Origin: Balanoglossus misakiensis
Taxonomy: Eukaryota; Animalia; Hemichordata
Direction of reading: 5' to 3'
Assembly (NCBI GenBank): GCA_040954595.2
Contig: CM082581.2
Coordinates: forward strand, 2,472,699-2,536,698
DNA: 64,000 nucleotides
A program made the position numbers and the translations under genes. Below the pieces are notes generated by a model. It saw only the letters and a program-made list of their open reading frames with translations, did no database searches and was not told the origin of the DNA. Shown piece by piece: positions 53,519 to 64,000 of the stretch (position 1 is its first letter; every line of letters begins with the position of its first letter).

Positions 53519-53910
53519 ATTTCCAAGCACTGACCCTGTCAATGCTTGGAAATTTCCAGGCTCTCACATTCCCTGAGTGTCTGGATATTTCCGGCCACTA
53601 ACCCTATCAGTGCTTGGAAATTTCTAGGCTCTCACATTCCCTGAGTGTCTGGAAATTTCCGACCACTGACCCTTGTCAGTGCTTGGAAATTTCTAAGCTC
53701 TCACATTCCCTGAGTGTCTGGAAATTTCCGACCACTGACCCTTGTCAGTGCTTGGAAATTTCCAGGCTCTCACATTCCCTGAGTGTCTGGAAATTTCCGA
53801 CCACTGACCCTTGTCAGTGCTTGGAAATTTCCAGGCTCTCACATTCCCTGAGTGTCTGGAAATTTCCGACCACTGACAAGGGTCAGAGGTCGGAAATTTC
53901 CAGACACTGA
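53515..53910 (-). repeat. 69-bp tandem array, right arm (~5.5 units, inverted relative to the left arm)
   Basis: Reverse complement of the left-arm unit; the same 23-aa incidental repeat appears on the opposite strand. Confidence 0.97.
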
Positions 53911-54209
53911 CCCTTCTGGAGTGACTAGCAATTTTTGCAAATTGTACTATTAATTGAATTCATAATTTAATTATTAGTTTTTTTCAATGAAATATTCAAA
54001 TCCATACAACCCAAAGATGGCTCCTTTATTATTTCTATGGAAATTTCACAGTTTATTCTTTTCTTTCTGCACACTCGCAAACATCTTGAAAATAATCATA
54101 GAAAAATATCGAAATATATTGTACTGTGAACAAAACACTAATTTCCTTGAAAAAAGTTTAAAAAACGGCTACTTTTCGGAAATTGGAAAATGTTTTCTAT
54201 ACTGTTATA

Positions 54210-54417
54210 CTGTAAAACATGAAATTTTCCCAACAGGAAATTTTCGCAATATCAAAAGTGGCGACTGTTATGTAATGATTAATTTTCGCATTCTCGAATT
54301 TCAATTCATCATTATTTCAGAAAAACATTTTTTTTGCGACTTTTTAGTTTTCAGGTTATTTTGGCTCTTGCATGATTCATGCAAATTTATCGCTCGTGAA
54401 AATTTCCTGTTTTACAG
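54210..54417. mobile_element. Tc1/mariner-type MITE (TA TSD)
   Basis: TA|ctgtaaaaca ... tgttttacag|TA. Confidence 0.8.
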
Positions 54418-54705
54418 TACATCCTAAGTATCTTTTTTTCACACCAGAAGACAATGCATAGTTGCTTTGTGTATGGCAGACTTTGTATTACGATAGACAC
54501 TGACAACCAGTTACATCTGTCTCGCATACAAATATGGTCATATTGAAATAAGGTATTACGATGGAAACAAAGTAAAGCTAATGCAAGAATTAGTACAGAA
54601 CAAGTCTATTCTGTTACTACACTGGAATAACCATTCTGTGTTATTTGATCTGTTTAATTAAAGTCTACAGTCTCGTGTTCATTATAGTCAGTTTCCTGTA
54701 TGAAT

Positions 54706-54984
54706 TTATTGATTCAGAATATCAAAAAGACTCATGTCATCAGCCAGCAGACTACTACTTGATTGTTGCTGTGTTTGTTGCATGCTGGGTGCCAAGCCCA
54801 TCTGAGGTACCTGTGGTCGCGGCCGTGGCTATTGTCCTAGTAACAGCTGTTGTTGTTGTTGTGATTGCTGTTGTTGTAAGAACTGCTGTTGTTGTTGCCA
54901 TGTTTGTTGTGTTGCTGCTGGTTGTTGTGGTGGTGGTGGTGGAATGGTTGCTTGTGTACCGCTAGCTTGTTGTTTTTGTTGTTG
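54706..54984 (-). pseudogene. MED25: Gln-rich terminal exon, MED25-like, with an in-frame stop
   Basis: Acceptor tttgcattcaacag; 93 codons QQQKQQASGTQATIPPPPPQQ...LLLGQ*PRPRPQVPQMG...SSLLADDMSLFDILNQ*. The acidic-hydrophobic tail resembles MED25 C-termini. Identity is recalled, not searched. Confidence 0.5.
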
Positions 54985-55164
54985 CTGTTGAATGCAAACA
55001 AAATGGTTTTCTTTTTAAAGTCACTTCACAGAAAGCGGCAATGTATCAGGAGACAGCTCTCTTTAACGTTCTTCACATTTGTCAATCAGACTGAAATTTA
55101 GGGAGGCATAAAGTAACTGTAATTTCGGGTATAGTCGTGTCGTGTCTACTATTTGATGGTTAAT

Positions 55165-55375
55165 TTCAGGACCCCCATTGACCTAATTAATTATGTACAC
55201 GCCTAATTCTAGGCTAACCAATAGATCTAGAAGTTTGGATTTTGTAGGACATAAATCAGTTTAGGATCAAAACTTTTTGACAAAATTTCTGGTATCCACA
55301 GCAGATAATCCTTGGCATTCTGTAGAAACCCTGGGAATCGCTTGGGCCCAGTGAACACTGCTTTCAGCTTTAATT
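55165..55375 (-). mobile_element. Inverted diverged fragment of the 27.4-kb element family
   Basis: Minus strand aattaaagctgaaagcagtg...tatctgctgtggatacc matches 27430-27517. Confidence 0.8.
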
Positions 55376-55621
55376 CACCATGTAATCAGATGCAGACATT
55401 TTGAAAACAATGTGATTTAAATTCTAAGCAGACTTTTGTTAAAGGGTTATGATCGTCTAATGCGCATGTGCCAAAGCAGAGATTCTGGTTACAAAAACTT
55501 TATCAATGACACAATTCTGTCTATACAACAGACAAGATGGCGGCAACCATACTCTGTGTCGTAAATTAGGAAAAAAAACAGCAAATTGAGTGAAAAGAAG
55601 AGACAAAATGAAAGTCTTCTT

Positions 55622-55643
55622 TATATATATATATATATATATA
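55622..55643. repeat. (TA)n microsatellite
   Basis: About 11 TA units. Confidence 0.95.
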
Positions 55644-56135
55644 TGGTGGGCAAGAAATATGAAAGGAAGTGAAGGCAGTCCACTATTTGAATGCATGCAC
55701 ATAAAATTTGCAGATATTTGGATTTGATCTTATTTTGTACACACAAAATTACACATATGTGCATAAGAGTAAGACGATTGTCTGCATTTAAAACTGTCTG
55801 ACGGAGGTTATCATCAGTGCTTCCACACTGATACCATGGAAAAACTAGAAGAATTGAAAATAAGAATGAGACAAGATTTGTTGTATTCCTCTGTCTGTAA
55901 TTTAGGTCTGCTTTGGGCAAATAGTGCTTTGAATTTATTCTGTGTGACTGTCAGGTCCCAAATACATTAAGATAATTTCGGGAATGGCACAGAACATGTT
56001 ATTTGTAACATCAAGAAAGCTCCTTTTTTGAGAAAAATGATTTTATTTTTCCCCACATAACAATTCCCAGGAGTGACACGGGTATCAGTCTTGGTTTTCA
56101 AAATATTCACTGTTCACATTATTGTGACAACTTAC

Positions 56136-56354
56136 TTGAAAGTGGTGTCTTAGTTGTTGATTTGTTGATTGTATATTGGATGGCTGTGCTTGCACTGCTT
56201 GTTGTTGTTGTTGGGCTATCTTTGTAATTCCTTTTGTTGTTGTCTTTGTGTTATGAGTTGATTTTGTCGTGCATGTTGATCTTGCTGATTCTTCAATTCA
56301 AGTTCTTATTTTCTGTGCCATCTCTAGATTCTCCTGCAGTGCTTGAATATTCCT
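56136..56354 (-). pseudogene. MED25: Penultimate MED25-like exon with compensating frameshifts
   Basis: cttttag acceptor, CAA|gtaag donor, 219 bp, phase 0-0: RNIQALQENLEMAQK/ELELKNQQDQHARQNQLITQRQQQKELQR/AQQQQQ...TNQQLRHHFQ. The end resembles the MED25 NR box (NPQLRxLL). Confidence 0.5.
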
Positions 56355-56610
56355 CTAAAAGATCAAAAGTGTAAACAGTCAATCATTGTCATGTGTCAAT
56401 CTACCAACAGGTAACTGACTACAGGAGCTTCAGCCAATTTTCACTTGGGAGATTATTGAAATCAATTTAAAGCTCAGTAACTCCAACTTCGGGTTATTTT
56501 CTCAATATTTTTTGGGGGTATCAACTGTGGTTTCTTGTCCCACTTATCATGGAATTAATCATATTCAAATATTTGAAGGGATTAAAAAGTACATACTGTA
56601 AAACACTTTA

Positions 56611-56944
56611 GTGCCTTTCACACGTGCCATCAACGCCGCCCCAGCAGCGGCCCTAGGGCGGCGTTAATTTGTAAGTGCCACGTATGAAAAGGTGAGAGCG
56701 GCTTTTTTGGGGATGGTGTTGAGGGGTGGGACCTGGGTCGGGGCGCTGCACTAAACAGCGACTCAAATCACGTGTGAACATAGTGACCTTTAGTCACGCT
56801 GCTGTGGACGCGCGTAGAGGGCGATGACCCTGTCCCTTTTATACACATGTGCATGCAAAAGTATTTGAGTCACTGATAAGAAATGTTTACCAAATTTTAT
56901 AATCCCAAAAAGGGCGCCCTAACAATGGCACGTGTGCAAGCGGC
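56611..56944. mobile_element. PIF/Harbinger-like MITE nested in a truncated ctgtaaaac-family MITE
   Basis: IR cacacgtgccat / atggcacgtgtg; TTTA duplicated at both sides. Removal restores tactgtaaaacactttaatttttcgcgag, similar to the 54210 MITE start. Confidence 0.6.
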
Positions 56945-57244
56945 TTTAATTTTTCGCGAGCAATACATTTTCGCCAAATACGCAAGTGCCAAAATAGTGT
57001 AAAAATAAAGTGTCACGTAATTTTTTTTGAAGATAACGATGCAGTGAATGAAATAAGAGAACGCGAAAATTTATACTCGCGAAACAGTGGCCGCTCTCGA
57101 TATAAGATCTGGAGTGCTGAGCAGTCTCTAACTATGTGTACTGATTGGTTGCAATAGAATACATATCAATAAGCAGGCCTTCTCCGCCCGTCAAATAGTG
57201 TTTACCCATCGTACAAATTGCCAAAATGAAGATATATCCCAATA

Positions 57245-57419
57245 CAGTAAAACTCCAATTATCCGAACTGACAGGGGGACATTGATTTTGTTCGGATATG
57301 CAGACAGTTCGGTTATTCGGATAGCGATCCTATACAAAAGAACTGTTTGGGGGACATGACAGCAGTTTGGATAACCAAACAGTTCGGATAATTGGATATG
57401 GATAATTGGAGTTTTACTG
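57245..57419. mobile_element. pogo/Tigger-type MITE (TA TSD)
   Basis: TA|cagtaaaactccaattatcc ... ggataattggagttttactg|TA, perfect 20-bp TIR. Confidence 0.9.
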
Positions 57420-59019
57420 TATAGGTAATTTAATGGCCTGGAAGGAACATTTTTAGTCAAAAAATAGTGCCATGCATGCAACAAGCAGGTGTGTAAAGTG
57501 TGTCACCCACCAAGCTCAAGGACGCATGAAATAACAAAATAATAACAAAACCAAACAGATTACAGGTAATATTACATATTAAGTGACACGACTTGACAAT
57601 AGCCAAGTCAGGTACAAAGTGCAAAAGTTTTAATGGAGGGTTCCCATACTGATTTTATGTTCTGTGCATACATCTGTAAGTGTTGCATCAACTGAATTTT
57701 GCATCAGCAGAATTGTTGGCATGGTATATTGTAAGAAGTAAAACAGACACTTTATTTCTTTCAGGGTATTTCAACACGCCTTTGTTATATGACATCACAT
57801 TTTAAGTGTTTGATTACCATACTACATAAGGTTGAATGTATTTTGCAAACCTGATCAGTGAACACAGTGGGGTAAACACAAAACGCACATTTTTTCATGA
57901 GTTTTCCTTTAAACTTGAATTAATGCATATAAATAGGCTTATCAAATTTGATTGTGACGGTACTTTGCAATTTGAAAGTCAGCTGGATTAAAACGGTTCT
58001 ACCGTTTTTATAGGGGTCCAGTTGACCTCCATGGTAAACAAGTATTGTAAACAAGTATTGTGGTCATGATAGTTCCAGCAGTGCAAATGTTGTGTCCACT
58101 TCATGATAGTAAATATGTTGCTCGGTTGAAATAAAAGATTTATCCTTTGACAACCATGTTGCCTTTCAGATGGCCAGCCCAAGAAAATAGTGGTGAATTT
58201 AAAATCGCTGCGAGAACTCCAAACATTTTCATACAAGTAATCCGTTTCCGGTTGACGACAAATTCATGCACATACAAGGTATGTCGCTTACAGGCATATA
58301 AGTTGAAACTTTAGGGATAATTATCATTTTTTTTCAAACTTTACTAGTATTAGTCCATGCAGATGTAGGCACTGAACTGTATACAAGTATTTTTAACCCT
58401 AAATATGAGTGCATTTGCAAGTTTTAACCAGATAAATAATAAAGCTTTGCCATAAAGGAATATGGCTGCCACCGTGGGAAATGCAAGAAACAATGAAAAC
58501 GTTGAATTTCTGACTATTGAACTTCATAAACAAAACATGATCTCCTCCACTAGAACTCATGCAAGTAAATGTACACCGCTGAAACATTAGATTTTCATTT
58601 TTCATTGCAAAATTGCACTTTTTAAAAAATACAGGAATTTTAGATTTTCTTTCATTTTTGGCCTGTTTTGTCATACATAAGTGTTGATCTTGATATATTA
58701 TGAAATGTCATTTAATAGACATAATTAATATCATATATAAGATTATTTAAAGCTTAATTTAAATGAATATTTCCTTTTAATGAAAAACTGACAATCTCGA
58801 GCAGGCAAACACTGAGACTGATTACAGTATGTAGAGGATGGGGGCGCAAATTGCATCTGCATAAAGCAAGAAGAATGCTTCAACATAACTGACACATCTG
58901 TTTAAACAGCCAATAAATGGAAGGGGATACTGCTCCCCCCCCCCCTCCTCTCTGAAGTCATATTACTTGATCAAGTTTCCGAAACTCTGAGTATACGAGT
59001 CAAAATGACAATTTGTGCT

Positions 59020-59388
59020 TAACGTTTGTTTTGGATCAGCATTTTTCTGGTATTGGAGATGGTTTCAATCACAGCCACTGGACAAACCTGGCCATGTTAA
59101 TGTTTCCACAAAATCAACAGTCGATTCAAACTGAGAACATTTGGTCACTGGGAAAAATGTTAGTGATGTCAAAATGTTATGTTTTAGCACCTATTATCGG
59201 ACTGAATGAGCGTGCTGCGTTTCATGCATTTATGATGGTTGTCTGCAAAGACCATTGGAGCATGTTTGCCAACAGGACTGTGGTCGAATCTATACTGGTA
59301 CGTGTTTGTGTAAATTGCCTATATAACAGTTGACCAGCAGGGGTAGACACCCTTTGGACAGGAATTTGAATTTTAAAGGCACACAAGC
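59020..59388 (-). pseudogene. Possible decayed exon of an extracellular (SEA-like?) domain
   Basis: tttgcag acceptor, then LCAFKIQIPVQRVSTPAGQLLYRQF...LANMLQWSLQTTIINA*... with several stops and frameshifts. The domain guess is weak. Confidence 0.25.
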
Positions 59389-61454
59389 TGCAAATTTTGG
59401 GATAGTTATAATAATTTTATCAAACAATTGAAAAGAAAATAAATGTTTGCGTGTTGGTTGTTTACCATAACTAAAATTTTTTACATTTTCCTACGCGCTA
59501 AACAAAACTCTTTTTTTGTCCTTATCAGTAGCAGTGTGGCACCATTTCCTAGATAGACAGAAGCTCACCTCGTTGATAGCATTTGGGTGTATAACATTTC
59601 TCTGTTGTTGCTGGCTTATCTGTCAATAAGATAGGTTACATTTATCTTTAAGGGATTCATATGTGACTTTGACATAAGACATCTTAACCCTATGACCTTT
59701 CATACAATGAGCAGTTGCCAAATTAACTTTCTCTCTGAACATTAATGTGACCAATCCGGACCGGGCACTGTTCCATTCTACTACGCCAAACAACTAATCG
59801 CAAAGTAACCCAGGAAGGGAAATGCTGACAAAATCTACACCTATCAGTAAATTTCAGACATCAAATCTTGTAACTGCATTTATACAATTTATTTGAATAA
59901 TGCCTTTGTGGTTATCTGATGTCAATTATTTAATTGAAGAGTTGTTGTGTTGGAGTTAACTTGTGTGAATCGCTTGCCTTTTATTCTGACAGTCAATTAT
60001 ATCTTGAGGAAGCAGCTCCCACTTCTAGATTGAAAATATGAATTATTTAAAATACATGTATATATATTTCTTTTCAATGTACAACACTATATCACAAGTC
60101 ATCTTTTCACAAGAGGTGGGCCAAACCATACAGGAAACTGTGAACAATCATTCAATGCTTTGATATTTGGACTGACAACACCACTCTTTGGCACAATATT
60201 CAATTTCAAACATTTTTGAATACTGTAAACGCATTGAATATCGCATGTATTAAATGTTGCTATTTTGCAATTGGGGCCAGTGAGTGAGCATTTAAATATA
60301 AGAATGCAAGGTTCTCAAAAGAAATAAAAGTCACTGTTTGTTCCTTTGATTTGTGTATCATTTGATAAACTGCAGCCATACACATTCATTGACGAGAAGT
60401 GTCAAAACATCCACAGGTCTATTCATTGAATGTGAGGTGCAAAGCTAGAAATGGAGATGTTACTAGTAGTGTAATACAAAGACAGCAAATAGCAGCCGGA
60501 CTTGTTTCCTACAAAAAAATCCAGCCATGTCATGTTGCTGGAAAGTCTTTGTACTTCAATAACAATACAGTCCAATTATGAAAGGGAAAGCTATGGATAT
60601 GTCCTGTTTTAAACATTTGTTTGTACTATTTTGATATTCGCCATGTTAATATCACCACAAGCTAATATCCAAACTACACACAACTGCAAGTTTACTGGCC
60701 TCAAGTCACTTGTGGATGTTGACACTAATACCCATTAAAACTTCCTATCTGGGAACATGTAAATGCACACTACAGGAAAACAAACCAATAATTCAGAACA
60801 CTATTGTGACGGTCACAGAACTTGTGAATTTATTACAAAAGCAGTCATCCTGAAAATTGAAATACACAACCTGACGACCATCACTGATTTTAGTCAGCTA
60901 CCATCACTAAATGATGAACTCAAACAAAAAATTGCTTAATACGCTGTTAAAAATAACAATGCAACAAAAAACACAAATGATCGACTCCAGTCATATATGT
61001 ACATCAAGCAACATCAACTGAAAGGCTACAGGCAGTATCGTCAATACACAGGTTGTTGTTGCTATGCTCAAGGCGTCAATGAATTGGTGGTCACATTTCA
61101 TTGAACAATGATAGGGCAAGTGCTCACTCACTTCTTCAGTGAATTTCACTGTTTGTTTATCTTATCATAAAAACTTGGGCACCACAGTCCTTTGGATAAA
61201 AATATTCATGTGTGGTGATTTAAAATCAGTGTTGCAAGAAGCAGCATTAATCACAGGATTAATGGCTTCTGATTGAAAAATACTAAATGCTTAATATGCC
61301 ATATGCCGCACACAGAGTGATCACATTAGTCAATTGGACCGCTGTTCCGAAGGACTAAAATGATTGCAATGTTTTAATATTATATTTATTTTACAAAACC
61401 CTTACATCTGAGCTTTACTTTAAAGTACTTCCATTTACAAGTAGTACAAGTACA

Positions 61455-62365
61455 CATCAGTGCAAAGAACATGGTGCAGAATTTTTCTAGGTGTGCCAAG
61501 GAGCACTACCAATGAAGCTGTAATTGGAGAATGTGGGCGGTTGCCAGTATATGTTCACACAATGAAATGTTGTATTCGTTACTGGGTGAAACTTATAGAG
61601 ATGCCACAGGAAAGACTCCCTAGGCAAGCATATTTAATGCTACATACGTAATCTTGACTGTTTAGGCCGTCACACTTGGGCAACATCGGTGAAACACATT
61701 TTATTTTCGCCTGGATTTCTCAGGAAATAGGCGATAAGCGTTTGTTCCTTTCAGCATTTGAGACAAGAATTTCAGATATTTTGAAGCAACAATGGAAATC
61801 ACACTGTCCGTCCAAAACCAAACTCCGTACATACACACATTTTAAATCATTGTTACAGCCTGAAAAGTAGTTAATGTCAACTGTACACGTAATGTCAAAG
61901 ACATTTTTGCATGTTTTCGCTGTTCTGCCCTTCCTCTTGCAATAGAGGAGGGAAGAGATCAGAACGTGGACGTTTCAGAGAGACACTGTAGGCTATGCTC
62001 TGGTGAACAAATAGAAGACGAGTATCACTTTTTACTTGTTTGCCCCTTATATGACAGTCTTAGAAAACAATATATTGGTTACACTAAAATTCCCCACATT
62101 CAAATGTTTGTTAATATCATGAGCACAACAGAATCCTCAAGTATTTATGTTTACAATGCCTTTAAACTTAGAGAAATTGTGTTAAAAAACTTAATCTGCT
62201 AAGTTCCTCACTTTGTATCCCGAGTACGTACTTCCACACAAGTGCTGCTTGATGTTGTCATTTATATTATTTGCGTACATGTATTATTTATTTCATTTTC
62301 GTACAATTTTCTGATTACCTTTAAGCCCTCTTACCTATGGGCTGGAGGCCTTGACAATCAATTAA
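61455..62365 (+). mobile_element. 5'-truncated LINE, RTE-X-like ORF2 C-terminus and 3' UTR (decayed)
   Basis: FLGVPRSTTNEAVIGECGRLP...IRYWVKL, KLRTYTHFK, FRCSALPLAIEEGR, and CRLC...IEDEYHFLLVCPLY (CCHC knuckle), split by stops and frameshifts. Confidence 0.88.
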
Positions 62366-62567
62366 CGTGCACTGTTGTGCACCTGAACAATGAACAACAA
62401 ATCAATCACACATTCTCACTGAATCGAAAGCTGTATATGACACGAGCGCTGATTCAGATTGGATGACAAAGCTAAATGTTATCCTATGATACAGAAACTA
62501 CAACGTGCCAGATGACAGTTCAAGAGTCATTTATTTAATGTTTTAAAACGAATTTGGCTAATTTGTG

Positions 62568-62745
62568 GCCGTGTGAGAAATATAATCTCACACACCAAGG
62601 ACCTGGGATCATATTTCTCACACTCGTCAGGGATATTTTGTCCCACACTCGCCTGCAGCTTGTTTGGGACAGAAAATCCTCAACACATGTGAGAAATATG
62701 TTCCCAAGTCCTTGGGAGTGTGATATTCTATTAGTCTCACAACCA
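62568..62745. mobile_element. Palindromic non-autonomous repeat
   Basis: ccaaggacctgggatcatatttctcaca pairs with tgtgagaaatatgttcccaagtccttgg; centre tcccacactcgcctgcagcttgtttggga. Confidence 0.7.
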
Positions 62746-62899
62746 TAGGACCTGGTAAAAGATTTCTCAGACGAGTTGGGGATATTTTTAGCTCGTGTTA
62801 GACAAGCCAAAATATCCGTGATGAGTGTAAAACATCGCGTTAAGTACACGGTGGTCCCATTCACGGATAATACAAGAAAAAAGTCTACACCGGAGTACA

Positions 62900-62930
62900 T
62901 ATACAGACAGACACACACACACACACACAT
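62900..62930. repeat. (CAGA)n(CA)n microsatellite
   Basis: acagacagacacacacacacacacac. Confidence 0.85.
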
Positions 62931-63256
62931 CAAGAGATCAACAGGCAAACATTGGCTGACCCATAAGCTGCCAATGGCATGTGTACTGTACACACACCAA
63001 ATAGAACAGCTGGTCTCTTTACCAGTTAGCCAGTTATGTAAACATGCAGTTACCAATCACTGTTATTATTGACAAATTGCATCCAAGTCCAGACCAGTCC
63101 AGGCTTGAATACAATGTTTAAACATAACAACATTGCTTACCCTGCTTCATCGAGCTGAACAAGAAATGATGGTTGATAACCAGAAAAATACTGAATAAAA
63201 ATTCAAAAGTTACAGATACTGGACCTTTCGTTGTCCACATATTGTGCTGGTCTTAC

Positions 63257-63364
63257 CTGTACACTCTCCATTGACCAATCAATATCCCACAGAACAAGTG
63301 CAATAAAAAGAGCCTGCTGTATTCACACACTGGCCTTCACAAACATCTGCTCTCTTATTGACAT
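63257..63364 (-). pseudogene. Calcium-binding EGF-like exon, pseudogenised
   Basis: tttcag acceptor, gtaag donor, 108 bp, phase 1-1: DVNKRADVCEGQCVNTAGSFYCTCSVGY*LVNGECT. The first Cys is lost and there is an in-frame TGA. Confidence 0.85.
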
Positions 63365-63491
63365 CTGAAATCAAAGATAGTTTATTATTTTTAATTTTAT
63401 TATTATTTATATCCTGACAAACGTAATACACATACATCTTAGTGCATTTTCTACTGAAAATAATAAAATTGGAAAACAAGTGAAAGCTTAA

Positions 63492-64000
63492 AGAGCATAT
63501 CTTGCCTTTTTAAATCTTATCAGAAGGTTAAAAAATGATTGAAAGAAATCTAATATTTACCAAAAGTGACAATATTTTTCGGGTATTGATTTCTATAATA
63601 TTTGTTTTGTTCTCATAAAATACTTCAAAACCACCCTGTCCTGAAAATCTGAGTTCAGATTTGCTGCATTTTGGTCACGTGATGTGACGTCACAAGAGGA
63701 ACCCTTCAGGTAGACCAGCTTTAGCGATGCTCACAGGTGTCATACGGTGTTTTCGTGCTTTTCTGTGTAATACCACAATGGGAAAAAGAGGTGGTTGCCG
63801 TGGTTGCAGCAACACATTACCTAGACGGAAGTCACCCGTGTGAATTCCCCGAAAACCAATGAAAGTCTATGCCACGATCATCGATATTGTACGGTGGATA
63901 TGAAACCATCCGGCGGCGGCGGCCGTAACTGTCAATGCATGACCGTTGAATGATAATCGGCCAGGTTTGAATCACGAGAAGACAATCCACACCCTTACAG
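63492..64000 (+). mobile_element. Probable left end of a second Kolobok element with a decayed THAP start
   Basis: TTAA|AGAGCAT start, tgacgtca motif, ATG at 63778 giving a frameshifted MGKR..GCSNT..DG...EFPEN. The right end lies outside the window. Confidence 0.5.

Larger units (their letters stand above)
51548..54207. mobile_element. Foldback-type non-autonomous DNA transposon (2.66 kb)
   Basis: Perfect 35-bp TIR taacagtatagaaaacattttccaatttccgaaaa; inverted internal 69-bp arrays; central palindrome. The TSD is ambiguous (TA or TAC) because MITEs abut both ends. Confidence 0.85.

Noticed and set aside
51983-53910. Cys-containing 23-aa repeat proteins (227 aa and 98 aa)
   Set aside because: The 69-bp unit is a multiple of 3 and open by chance; it is mirrored on both strands inside TIRs.
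54645-54984. Val-rich membrane protein (+) or Thr-rich mucin (-)
   Set aside because: These are alternative readings of the CAA/CAG tract. The Gln frame fits the upstream exon phase and gives a sensible C-terminus.
63279-63281. Selenocysteine readthrough of the TGA in the EGF exon
   Set aside because: The TGA is not at a Cys position and the exon has also lost Cys1, so decay is simpler.

Overview
Animal nuclear DNA, probably from a marine invertebrate (inferred from spliceosomal exon remnants, metazoan transposons and low GC). No intact gene is visible. Bases 1-24,905 are the end of a satellite array: five monomer types (194/194/192/192/175 bp) form a 947-bp higher-order repeat (HOR), with a near-identical 4,735-bp super-HOR duplication and more chimeric units toward the edge. 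The array stops at a tRNA-like A-box/B-box fragment pointing back into it. The remaining 39 kb look like pericentromeric or heterochromatin-flank DNA. It holds a 56-bp minisatellite, a TE-derived ~0.8-0.9-kb tandem array and a triplicated 1.35-kb block. It also holds a Kolobok deletion derivative (TTAA TSD, THAP and KolX-like remnants), several MITEs and palindromes, and two 5'-truncated LINE ends. A 2.66-kb foldback element carries inverted 69-bp GGAAATTTCC arrays, a central 400-bp palindrome and a BEL/Pao-like fragment. Decayed gene pieces include MED25-like last exons, a C2H2 exon and a cbEGF exon. Most ORFs in the supplied track are incidental to repeats. All counts, alignments and family assignments were made by eye, without database searches.
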